From positions 1 through 29,682 of the forward strand of contig JBGFSC010000002.1 in the NCBI GenBank assembly GCA_041694815.1: 29,682 bases of DNA, read 5' to 3'. A model generated the notes under the pieces. That model was not told the origin of the DNA. It searched no databases and saw nothing but the letters and a program-made list of their open reading frames with translations. The position numbers were made by a program, and so were the translations under genes. Shown here piece after piece: positions 1 to 8,998 of this stretch (within the stretch, counting starts at the first letter, position 1; every line of letters starts with the position of its first letter). Origin of the DNA: Elusimicrobiota bacterium. GTDB taxonomy: Bacteria; Elusimicrobiota; Elusimicrobia; UBA1565; JACRDR01.

Positions 1-95
1 GCGTTGACGCTAATATCGCTAATTTCCCTCCCGTGCTTTTAGATCACTATCCCTTCGACTTTAGCCTGCTTCAGCGTTCGTTAGCTGGTAACGAT

Positions 96-143
96 GTGCC
101 CGACGTCCTCAGGAGAGAACTCGTCGGGTGCCCGACGTCCTCA
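96..143. repeat. Two exact copies of a 16-bp direct repeat GTGCCCGACGTCCTCA (96-111, 128-143), 32-bp period, with an overlapping near-palindrome CGTCGGG-TG-CCCGACG (122-137)
   Basis: Read directly from the sequence. Confidence 0.85.
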
Positions 144-148
144 CGGGG

Positions 149-192
149 TTATCCACAAACTTCTCGCGGGAGAAGTCTGTGGATAATTTTTT
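149..192. promoter_or_regulatory. Inverted pair of consensus DnaA boxes forming the outer stem of a hairpin followed by T6 (terminator-like on the + strand)
   Basis: TTATCCACA at 149-157 and TGTGGATAA at 178-186. Inner stem ACTTCTC/GAGAAGT, loop GCGG, T-run at 187-192. Confidence 0.6.
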
Positions 193-1004
193 CAGCGCGC
201 GGTTTTAATCGGGTATACGGGGCGATCGGAAGGCCGGACGATGAGCTGGCGGCATCGCTCCAATTCTTCCGGATCGAGGGGGACCGGCCCTTGGTCGAAT
301 AGGTTCTCGCCGAAAGGAGAGAACACGTACTGGGACCCGTCATATTCGTAGAAGGGGTCCTTGCCGGAGCGATTGACGCTGGCGACATAGGCCTGCGAGA
401 GTATCGCATGGGCGGAATTGATCGTCCGATATTGGTAGCTCTTATGTGGTCCGCCGATCCAGCAGGAGGCGACGAGGAGCAGGTCGACCTTCGATTTCGC
501 GTATTGATGGAACAGCCCGGGGAAGCGGATGTCGAAGCAGACGGCGAAACCGATCCGCCAGCCGCGGTAGACGCATGCGACCCCGCCGCTGCCGGCGCTA
601 TACCCCTTGGATTCCGGGTTTTTCCCTACGGTGAACAGATGCGTTTTATGGTAGCGCGCCACGACCCGGCCGTCCGGCGCGAACAGGGCCAGCGAATTGA
701 AGGGTTTCTTCGGTGTTCGCGGGTTCTTCTCGGGAAAACCGGCCGCCAGGGCCGTGTTGTTCCGGCGGGCGATATCCGACAGGCGTTGGATCCACGGGTC
801 GCGCAAGGCGAAGGCGGGCGGGTTCTGCGTGACGAATCCGGTCAACGTCAGTTCCGGGAAAAGGAAGAGCTGCGATTCGGAGGGAATCCGGGAGGAGGCC
901 TCGAGCCGCTCGCGGATCCCCGCCTCGATGCGCCCCAAATTCCCGCCGGGATCGTTCCAGGCCAGATCGAGCGATAAGGGTTGGAGATAAAGCTCCCGCT
1001 TCAT
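192..1004 (-). CDS. Carbon-nitrogen hydrolase (nitrilase superfamily; omega-amidase YafV/Nit2/MtnU-like), 270 aa
   Basis: Catalytic triad motifs FPEL (Glu), YHKTHL (Lys) and VCFDIRFP (Cys). The start ATG at 1004 overlaps the upstream TGA (ATGA). The 454-aa ORF-track version is an artefactual N-terminal extension. Confidence 0.9.
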   Translation of the reverse strand: MKRELYLQPLSLDLAWNDPGGNLGRIEAGIRERLEASSRIPSESQLFLFPELTLTGFVTQNPPAFALRDPWIQRLSDIARRNNTALAAGFPEKNPRTPKKPFNSLALFAPDGRVVARYHKTHLFTVGKNPESKGYSAGSGGVACVYRGWRIGFAVCFDIRFPGLFHQYAKSKVDLLLVASCWIGGPHKSYQYRTINSAHAILSQAYVASVNRSGKDPFYEYDGSQYVFSPFGENLFDQGPVPLDPEELERCRQLIVRPSDRPVYPIKTAR

Positions 1005-2302
1005 TCGTATTCCGGCTTGAGCCGCTCGAGCGCGGATTCGAAGCGCTCTTGGAATCGTCGGTCGAGCACGTCGGCGCAGACGGCGTAGCGGATGAAGTTT
1101 TCCGGCTTGCGGCCCCCGGAAGGGCCTTGGAAATGCACGCCGACGATCCCAGTCTCCGCGATGACAGCTCGGTTGAAGGCCTCGTGCGGGGGCATGCCCC
1201 GCGTCGCGTCCTCCTGGCCGAGCCGTAGGCCGAAGGCCCGCTGCGGAGTCTTCCAGAGGGTGAAGAAACCGGCGTCGGTCGGGCAGGCCTGCCTTAGGCC
1301 GGCCTGTTTCAGTTTGGGGATAAGGTAGTCGAGCCGCCGCTGGTAGAGCGAGCGCAAGCCCTCCAACGCCGCCCGCGCGGCGGCCTGGTCCTGTAAAAAC
1401 TCCCCGTAGGCTGCCATCACCGAGGGTACAGGCCCCGAGTCGGTGTTGCCCTTGATAACGAGAAAATCCTCCACGAATTCCTTCGATCCCACCAGCGCCC
1501 CGAGGCGCGCCCCCGGGTCGTTGAAGGACTTGCTCACCGAATAGAGCTCCATCCACTCGAGCTTCGGATAGCCGGCGGCGACCTCGGCCAAGGGGACATG
1601 GGAGTTGCCCGCCAATCCCGCGTAGGCGGCGTCATTGACGAGCCGCGTATTCCGGCTGATGCAATATTCGATGAGCCGCTGCCACTCCCCGCGCGAGGCG
1701 CCGACGGCGGCCGGGTTTCCCGGCCGAACCAGGAATATCAAGTCGGCCCGGCGCGTCCTGCTTTTCTTAAGTGCTTCCTTAAGCCGCTCCAGGCGCAGGG
1801 CCATGCCCTCGGAGGAGAGCATGGGCCAGACGATCCGTTCGGCGCCCAGATAGCCACCTGTCCAGGTCCCGATGATATCGTAGGCGGGAAGCGGGGAAGC
1901 GAGTTTGAACCGCTCCCTGCGGCCGCCCCGGCCAAGCCCGCAGGCGAGCGGGATCATGGCGGTGGCGGTTTTGATGCCGGCGATCGGTACCGCCCGCAAA
2001 TGAGGATGCTCCGCCATGCGGATTCTCCCATGCAGTTCCACCATGCCTTCCGCGAAACGGTGGAGGTTTTTGTCCTCCGCGTAGGTGTGGTACTCATAGC
2101 CCGAATCCCGGGCGAAGCGGGCTTTGAGCGCGCGGATGGCTTCCGGTGGCACGCCGTCGGGATTGCCGAGGGAGAGGTTGAGCGCTTCCAGGCCGGTTTT
2201 TTCGGAGTACTGCCGGATAAGCACGTAGATGAGCTGGAAGAGATTGATTCCTGCCGGAGGGATCCTTCGCGAGGGCACGGGCACATGATAACTAATTCCC
2301 AC
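1001..2302 (-). CDS. PLP-dependent aminotransferase class I/II (LL-DAP aminotransferase/MtnE-like), 433 aa
   Basis: NLSLGNPD, PGNP, DAAY, the SVSKSFNDPGARLG PLP-lysine motif and a C-terminal FIRYA arginine. GTG start. Confidence 0.88.
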   Translation of the reverse strand: MGISYHVPVPSRRIPPAGINLFQLIYVLIRQYSEKTGLEALNLSLGNPDGVPPEAIRALKARFARDSGYEYHTYAEDKNLHRFAEGMVELHGRIRMAEHPHLRAVPIAGIKTATAMIPLACGLGRGGRRERFKLASPLPAYDIIGTWTGGYLGAERIVWPMLSSEGMALRLERLKEALKKSRTRRADLIFLVRPGNPAAVGASRGEWQRLIEYCISRNTRLVNDAAYAGLAGNSHVPLAEVAAGYPKLEWMELYSVSKSFNDPGARLGALVGSKEFVEDFLVIKGNTDSGPVPSVMAAYGEFLQDQAAARAALEGLRSLYQRRLDYLIPKLKQAGLRQACPTDAGFFTLWKTPQRAFGLRLGQEDATRGMPPHEAFNRAVIAETGIVGVHFQGPSGGRKPENFIRYAVCADVLDRRFQERFESALERLKPEYE

Positions 2303-2402
2303 AATTAATTTACACGGACGCTATGGGAGGCTACCCTAGGCGTGAATAGAATGCTGCCTCCTCCGGTTTAAGCCGGAGAATTTAGAAGGGAATGGAGGCC
2401 GC

Positions 2403-2828
2403 ATGGTCAAACAGAAAATGACGCAGTACAGCGTCGTGGTCAAGAACGAGCCCGGGGCGCTACACAGGATCACCGATATCCTGGGGCGGGAGAACATCAG
2501 CATCACCGGCATCAACGCGCAGAGCGCCGGCGAGGTCAGCTTCGTGCGTTTTCTTTCCGATCGGGAGAGCCGCCTGGTGCGCAAGCCGTTGGAACAGGCG
2601 GGCTATGAGGTCTTCGAGAGCCCCTGCTTCCAGTTCGAGCTGCTCAATAGGCCCGGAGAATTCAGCCGGCTGACCAAGTACCTGGCCGAGGAGGACATCA
2701 ACATCCTCAACGCCTACGGGACCACCGACGGGGACGAGACCGGCAAGGTCGTAGTCGTCGTCGACCGTCCGGAGCGGGCGCATTCGGTGCTGTCTAAGTC
2801 CTCCTCGCCGCAGAAAGTCGCCGCCTAA
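2403..2828 (+). CDS. Tandem ACT-domain protein, 141 aa
   Basis: Two repeats of the ACT signature (NEPGALHRITDILGRENISI; NRPGEFSRLTKYLAEEDINI). GGAGG Shine-Dalgarno just upstream. Confidence 0.88.
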   Translation: MVKQKMTQYSVVVKNEPGALHRITDILGRENISITGINAQSAGEVSFVRFLSDRESRLVRKPLEQAGYEVFESPCFQFELLNRPGEFSRLTKYLAEEDINILNAYGTTDGDETGKVVVVVDRPERAHSVLSKSSSPQKVAA

Positions 2829-2844
2829 AACCGTAGCCGCCTTT

Positions 2845-2890
2845 CCTCACCCCGGACTCCGCCTCCAGGCGGGCCGGGGTGAGGTCTTTT
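2845..2890 (+). terminator. GC-rich hairpin between convergent genes; probable intrinsic terminator
   Basis: CCTCACCCCGG (2845-2855) pairs with CCGGGGTGAGG (2874-2884), with an inner CCGCC/GGCGG stem, followed by TCTTTT. Confidence 0.7.
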
Positions 2891-3737
2891 ATCGTCCTTC
2901 GGAGGCGCAATTACCGAAGTGACTTCCCAGATGGAAGACAACGAGGTCTTGGTCTCGTTCCATAATGGCATACATATGAACCGGGATATTGACGAAGTGG
3001 TGTTTGCAGAAATAATCTTGAGTATCTGATAATATCATGCCCTCGTCTCCCGGGGATATCATTCCGCTGTCTCGCCGATTCGCGGGAGTGATAGGATGGG
3101 TATGAAAATATTGAATGAGAGCCACATCTCCTGGAGCAACCCGGCCGCGCGCATAGAGCTGATTAGAGGACTTGAAGAAATCAGTGATGGAGGAATCGCT
3201 GGAGGTATGTATGCCGGTCAAGATCTTTCCTGACTTCAAGGTAATCCTCCAGGCCCCGACCTCAACTCCGGCCGCCAGTTGTTTGCGTCGTTGGGCACGA
3301 TCGGTCTCCTTGTAGCTATCGATAAGATCGGTGAATAGTTCAGGGGATTTGTTCTGCGCTCGCGCTAGGGAGAGTTTCATCCGTTCCGCCTTGGCGGATA
3401 ATTTGCTTTCTTCCCGGGACCAGAACTTTCGCGCATATTTCCTCTTATGCGTTAAGAAGATGAGCTTGCGGATTAAACTCCGTTCGGCCGCGTTGAAGTC
3501 GGTCAGGCTCAAAATTGCTTGAGGATTCCTGGTGGTGTATTCGAAAAGCACAAGTTTTCCAAATCGCCTGCGAAAATCCTGAATGGACCACCGCGCGTAA
3601 TCATTCCCAGTGATCCGCTCCACGTCTGCGGCGGGGGCGTGGACGGTGTCGGCAAGCGACAACGGTTCCGTCGGATTGGCGGCGCAGAGCCCGGAGATCG
3701 CTCCTCCGGCTAGAAGAGCCCAAAAAATCCGCTTCAC
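2889..3737 (-). CDS. Hypothetical exported protein with a C-terminal JAB/MPN-like metallo-isopeptidase motif, 282 aa
   Basis: Signal-peptide-like N-terminus (MKR-hydrophobic-CAA) and the motif E...YFHTHP-x12-SPGD. Visibly lower GC than its flanks. It fills the whole gap between the terminator and the icd promoter. Confidence 0.65.
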   Translation of the reverse strand: MKRIFWALLAGGAISGLCAANPTEPLSLADTVHAPAADVERITGNDYARWSIQDFRRRFGKLVLFEYTTRNPQAILSLTDFNAAERSLIRKLIFLTHKRKYARKFWSREESKLSAKAERMKLSLARAQNKSPELFTDLIDSYKETDRAQRRKQLAAGVEVGAWRITLKSGKILTGIHTSSDSSITDFFKSSNQLYARGRVAPGDVALIQYFHTHPITPANRRDSGMISPGDEGMILSDTQDYFCKHHFVNIPVHMYAIMERDQDLVVFHLGSHFGNCASEGR

Positions 3738-3801
3738 AGTTTAAGAATAGCCTCAAAAACAGAATTTCGCCAGAGTGTTTTGGCTTCTTCGTTGCGGCAT
3801 A

Positions 3802-3830
3802 TTGGCAGGAACACGTTAAATTCATACAAT
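3802..3830 (+). promoter_or_regulatory. Sigma70-type promoter for icd
   Basis: TTGGCA (3802-3807), 17-nt spacer, TACAAT (3825-3830). GAGG at 3842-3845 precedes ATG 3850. Confidence 0.65.
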
Positions 3831-3849
3831 GACGGCACAGCGAGGAATC

Positions 3850-5229
<1,380 letters not shown>

Positions 5230-5245
5230 TTCGAAGCCGATCGTG

Positions 5246-6199
5246 ATGGCCGAAGCCCCCTGGCTCAGCGTCCTAATTCCCGTCTACAACGAGGAGGAAA
5301 ACCTCGCGGAGCTCTCCGCGGAGGTCGACGCCGCGCTCCGGGATCTCGGGCGCCCCTACGAGGTCCTGCTCGTCGATGACGGCTCCAGCGACCGTTCCTT
5401 CGACAAGATCCGGGAGGCGGTCGCGCGCTACGGGGGCTTTAGAGGCGTGCGCCTGGGGATCAACGCGGGGCAAACGGCCGCCCTGGCCGCGGGCATCCGG
5501 TTGGCCCGCGGGGAGATCATCGCGTGCCTCGACGCCGACCTGCAGAACGATCCCCGGGATATCCCCGCCATGCTCGCGAAACTCGAGGAGGGCTACGACG
5601 TGGTCAGCGGTTGGCGCCGGCACCGGAAGGACCCCTGGCTGACGAGGCGCCTGCCGTCGTCAATCGCCAACTGGATCATCTCCAAGGTGACGGGAGTCGC
5701 CTTGCACGATTACGGGTGCACTCTCAAGATTTACCGATCCCCGTTCATCAAGGAAGTCCGCCTGTTCGGGGAGATGCACCGGTTCATCCCGGCGTTCAGC
5801 GGCTTCATGGGCGCGCGCATCGCGGAGATGGAGGTCCACCACCGGCCCCGATCCCGCGGCTCCTCCAAATACGGCCTGTCGAGGACTCTGAAGGTGATCC
5901 TGGACCTGCTGACGGTCAAATTCATGGATTCCTACATCACCAAGCCGATTTACCTCTTCGGGGGGGGAGGGGTGCTCATGGGGATATTGGGCCTAGCCAT
6001 GGCGGCCTTTACCCTCTACAAAAAGTTCTTTTTGGGCATTTTCGTAAAGGACCAGCCACTGTTCCAGGTCTCGATCTTTTTCGCCTTGATCGGATTCCAA
6101 TCGATCCTCCTGGGCTTGCTGGCCGAGATACTCATCCGCGTCTACTACGACATCAAGGATAAGCCCACGTATTTCGTACGCGAAAAGGTCGGCTTTTAG
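5246..6199 (+). CDS. Glycosyltransferase family 2, polyprenyl-phosphate sugar transferase (DPM1/ArnC/GtrB-like)
   Basis: IPVYNEE, VDDGSSD, DADLQNDP, GEMHRFIP and two C-terminal TM helices. Start is GTG 5243 or ATG 5246. Confidence 0.92.
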   Translation: MAEAPWLSVLIPVYNEEENLAELSAEVDAALRDLGRPYEVLLVDDGSSDRSFDKIREAVARYGGFRGVRLGINAGQTAALAAGIRLARGEIIACLDADLQNDPRDIPAMLAKLEEGYDVVSGWRRHRKDPWLTRRLPSSIANWIISKVTGVALHDYGCTLKIYRSPFIKEVRLFGEMHRFIPAFSGFMGARIAEMEVHHRPRSRGSSKYGLSRTLKVILDLLTVKFMDSYITKPIYLFGGGGVLMGILGLAMAAFTLYKKFFLGIFVKDQPLFQVSIFFALIGFQSILLGLLAEILIRVYYDIKDKPTYFVREKVGF

Positions 6200-6226
6200 T
6201 TGACAACCCGACTCAGAAAATACAAT
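6200..6226 (+). promoter_or_regulatory. Promoter-like TTGACA-N15-TACAAT immediately upstream of yceD
   Basis: TTGACA at 6200-6205 and TACAAT at 6221-6226. The spacer is short and the -10 hexamer is only 1 nt from the ATG. Confidence 0.4.
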
Positions 6227-6227
6227 C

Positions 6228-6647
6228 ATGGATTCGCTGAGATTTGCGTCGCGCGAGATCAAGGAGCAGGAAGGCCTGACCTACAGCGCGCCGCTCCCTA
6301 GGGCGGAGTTCGCTGGGGGAAATCTCTTCGGCGACGCTAGCCTCGAGGACCCCTGCCGGCTGGATTTGGAGTTCTCGGTCGGAGGCAGCAGCATACTCCT
6401 CCAGGGCCGCGTCCAGGGGGGCTGGAGGCTGCCTTGCAGCCGTTGCTTGGCCCCCCACCGGGCCGAATTGAACGCGGAGCTCGAGGAGACGTATCCGCTT
6501 AGCCAGGAGACCATCGACGTGGGCGAGGAAATCCGCCAGGCCCTGGTCTTGAGCGTGCCGGAACGCTCCTTGTGCCGGGCGGAATGCAAAGGCCTTTGCC
6601 CCCGGTGCGGGAAGAACCTGAACCTCGGGACTTGCGGCTGCACTTAG
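6228..6647 (+). CDS. yceD: DUF177/YceD family protein (large ribosomal subunit accumulation)
   Basis: CSRCL and LCRAECKGLCPRCGKNLN motifs; canonical position upstream of rpmF. Confidence 0.92.
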   Translation: MDSLRFASREIKEQEGLTYSAPLPRAEFAGGNLFGDASLEDPCRLDLEFSVGGSSILLQGRVQGGWRLPCSRCLAPHRAELNAELEETYPLSQETIDVGEEIRQALVLSVPERSLCRAECKGLCPRCGKNLNLGTCGCT

Positions 6648-6665
6648 GGGATTTCAAGGAGATTT

Positions 6666-6881
6666 ATGCCGAACCCAAAACGTAAGCACACCCGCTCCCG
6701 CCGCGACAGCCGTCGCGCGTCCAATTGGAAGCTGGAGCTCGGGCAGCAGAGCCGCTGCGAGCATTGCGGGGCGGCGCGCCTTCCGCACCGCGTCTGCCCC
6801 AGCTGCGGCTTTTACAGCGGCAAGCTGGTGCTGGTCAAGAAGGAGAAGAAGAAGCCCTCCGAGGGCGAGGAGCAGAAGTAG
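6666..6881 (+). CDS. rpmF: 50S ribosomal protein bL32 (zinc-binding form)
   Basis: MPNPKRKHTRSRRDSRR, CEHCG...PHRVCPSCGFY; AAGGAG SD. Confidence 0.97.
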   Translation: MPNPKRKHTRSRRDSRRASNWKLELGQQSRCEHCGAARLPHRVCPSCGFYSGKLVLVKKEKKKPSEGEEQK

Positions 6882-6891
6882 CCCTTCCGCG

Positions 6892-7920
6892 ATGCGCATC
6901 GCTTTAGACGCCGCCGGAGGGGACTACGGCCTCAAGCCCAACGTGGAGGGCGCCCTTAAGGCGGCCGCCGAGCTGGGGGTCGAGGTTTCCCTGGTGGGGC
7001 CCGCCGACGCGATCCGCTCCGAATTGGCCTCCCGCGGCGTCGCTTCCAGCGACCGGCGTTTCGAGATCGTCGATTCCCCGGACCTTATCGCCATGGAGGA
7101 CGATCCGGTGTCGGCCTGCCGGGAGAAGCCTAAGTCCTCCATCATGCTGGCGGCCGAATGGGTGGCGCGTCAGCGCGCGGACGCGCTGGTCTCGGCGGGC
7201 CATTCCGGGGCCACCATGGTGGCCGCTTTGTGGCATCTCAAGCGCCTGCCCGGAGTGTTGCGCCCGGCGATCGCATGCCCTCTGCCCACGGCGAAAGGCT
7301 ACTGCGTGTTGATCGACGGCGGCGCCAACAGCGAGTGCAAGCCGTGGCACCTGCTCCAATTCGGGGTCATGGGCAGTTTTTATGCCCGCTATATCCTCAA
7401 GATTCCCGAGCCCAGCGTGGGCGTCCTTTCCATCGGCGAGGAGGAATGCAAGGGCAACGAGCTTGTCCGCGAGGCCATCCCCCTGCTCAAGCACAGCGAC
7501 GTCCATTTCTACGGCCCGGTGGAGGGGCGCGACATCCCGGCCGGCACCGTGGACGTGGTGGTCTGCGACGGTTTCGTCGGCAATATCTGTCTTAAGATGT
7601 ACGAGGGAGTCGCCTCCACCCTATTTTCGATGCTCAAGGCCGAGGCCTCGAAGAGCCCGATCTACCAGCTCGGGGGCCTATTGATGAAAGGGGCGGCGCG
7701 CAACATCAAAAAGAAGATGAGCTACGACGAGACCGGCGGCGCGCCCCTCTTGGGGGTGGGCGGGGTCACGATCATCTGCCACGGCAAGTCCAACCCCCGC
7801 GCGATATTCAACGCGATCCGAGTGGCGAAAGAACTGGTGGAGTCGCGGACCAACGAACAGATCAAGGCGTCCTTGGAGGCTCTCAAATCGAACCTCGAGC
7901 TCGCCAAAGTGGAGTCATAA
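6892..7920 (+). CDS. plsX: Phosphate acyltransferase PlsX
   Basis: IALDAAGGD, RPAIA, DGGAN, DVVVCDGFVGN, GGAPLLG and HGKS; synteny after rpmF. Confidence 0.96.
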   Translation: MRIALDAAGGDYGLKPNVEGALKAAAELGVEVSLVGPADAIRSELASRGVASSDRRFEIVDSPDLIAMEDDPVSACREKPKSSIMLAAEWVARQRADALVSAGHSGATMVAALWHLKRLPGVLRPAIACPLPTAKGYCVLIDGGANSECKPWHLLQFGVMGSFYARYILKIPEPSVGVLSIGEEECKGNELVREAIPLLKHSDVHFYGPVEGRDIPAGTVDVVVCDGFVGNICLKMYEGVASTLFSMLKAEASKSPIYQLGGLLMKGAARNIKKKMSYDETGGAPLLGVGGVTIICHGKSNPRAIFNAIRVAKELVESRTNEQIKASLEALKSNLELAKVES

Positions 7921-7922
7921 AA

Positions 7923-8708
7923 ATGGAAACGGCAATTCAACCGGAAACCAGCGGACGCTCGGCGCTCCGCTTGAGGGACAAGGTCGCGCTGATCACTGGA
8001 GGGGCTCAGGGCATCGGCAAGGCGACCGCGGAACTCTTCGCCCAGGAAGGGGCCAAGGTCGTGCTCGTCGACGTCGATGAGGCGCTGGTGCTCAAGACCG
8101 CCGAGGAGATTTCCCGAAGCCAAGGGGCGCAAGCCGTAGGTTATAAGGCGGACGTCACGAACTTCACCGAATGCGACGGCGCGGTGAAGGCGACGATCGA
8201 CAAATTCGGGAAAATTGACATCTTGGTCAATAACGCCGGCATTACCAAGGACAACCTGGTCATGCGCATGTCCGAGGCGGAATGGGACATGGTCCTCGAT
8301 ATCAACCTCAAGGGGGCTTTCCATTTCACGAAAGCGGCCGTGCGCCCAATGATGAAAGCCCATTCCGGGCGCATCATCAATATTGCCTCCGTCGTGGGCC
8401 AGCAGGGCAATATCGGCCAGGCCAATTACGCGGCTTCCAAGGGCGGGCTCATCGCCATGACGAAGGCTTGCGCTAAGGAATTTGGGTCCCGGAATATCCT
8501 GGTCAACGCCATTGCGCCCGGCTACATCAAGACCCGGCTTACCGACGTCCTACCGGAGGAGGCGAAGAAGCGTCTGTTGGAACATCTCTTGATTAACCGT
8601 CTCGGTGATCCGATGGATATCGCGAAGGTTATCCTATTTTTGGCCTCCGACGACGCGTCGTATATCACCGGACAGGTGATCGCCGTCAACGGGGGGCTGT
8701 ACTTGTAA
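7923..8708 (+). CDS. fabG: 3-oxoacyl-ACP reductase (classical SDR)
   Basis: TGGAQGIG, NNAGITKD, GNIGQANYAASK and NAIAPG; synteny with acpP. Alternative start is TTG 7971. Confidence 0.93.
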   Translation: METAIQPETSGRSALRLRDKVALITGGAQGIGKATAELFAQEGAKVVLVDVDEALVLKTAEEISRSQGAQAVGYKADVTNFTECDGAVKATIDKFGKIDILVNNAGITKDNLVMRMSEAEWDMVLDINLKGAFHFTKAAVRPMMKAHSGRIINIASVVGQQGNIGQANYAASKGGLIAMTKACAKEFGSRNILVNAIAPGYIKTRLTDVLPEEAKKRLLEHLLINRLGDPMDIAKVILFLASDDASYITGQVIAVNGGLYL

Positions 8709-8746
8709 AGCGCCTAAGGAGCTCGTCGTTACATTAAGGAGGGTGA

Positions 8747-8998
8747 ATGGCTGGAACAACCAACGTGGAAGAGCGGGTAAAGCAAATCATCGTAGAGCAG
8801 CTGGGCGTCGATCCGGCGGAGGTGACGCCGCAGGCGCATTTCGTCAATGACCTGGGCGCGGACTCCCTCGATACCGTCGAGCTCGTCATGGCGCTGGAAG
8901 AGGAGTTCGACGCGGAGATCCCCGATGAGCAGGCCGAGAAGATCCAGACCGTCGGCCAGGCCATCGACTACATCAAGGCACACGCAGGAAAGAAATAG
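8747..8998 (+). CDS. acpP: Acyl carrier protein
   Basis: [20 protein letters not shown] phosphopantetheine site; strong TAAGGAGG SD. Confidence 0.98.
   Translation: MAGTTNVEERVKQIIVEQLGVDPAEVTPQAHFVNDLGADSLDTVELVMALEEEFDAEIPDEQAEKIQTVGQAIDYIKAHAGKK

Noticed and set aside
96..143. Possible mini-CRISPR
   Set aside because: Only two 16-bp repeats with a 16-nt spacer and no cas genes.
33..302. 89-aa plus-strand ORF
   Set aside because: It runs through the repeat and hairpin and overlaps the nitrilase 3' end, with no recognisable motif. The frame is open to the left edge, so a gene tail cannot be fully excluded.
1005..1556. N-terminal extension making the nitrilase a 454-aa protein
   Set aside because: It overlaps the aminotransferase in another frame and reads as low-complexity Arg/Gly/Pro. 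The ATGA-coupled start at 1004 gives a normal-size nitrilase.
3829..3849. Upstream ATG start for icd
   Set aside because: ATG 3829 overlaps the predicted -10 hexamer and lacks an SD. ATG 3850 has GAGG at a suitable spacing.
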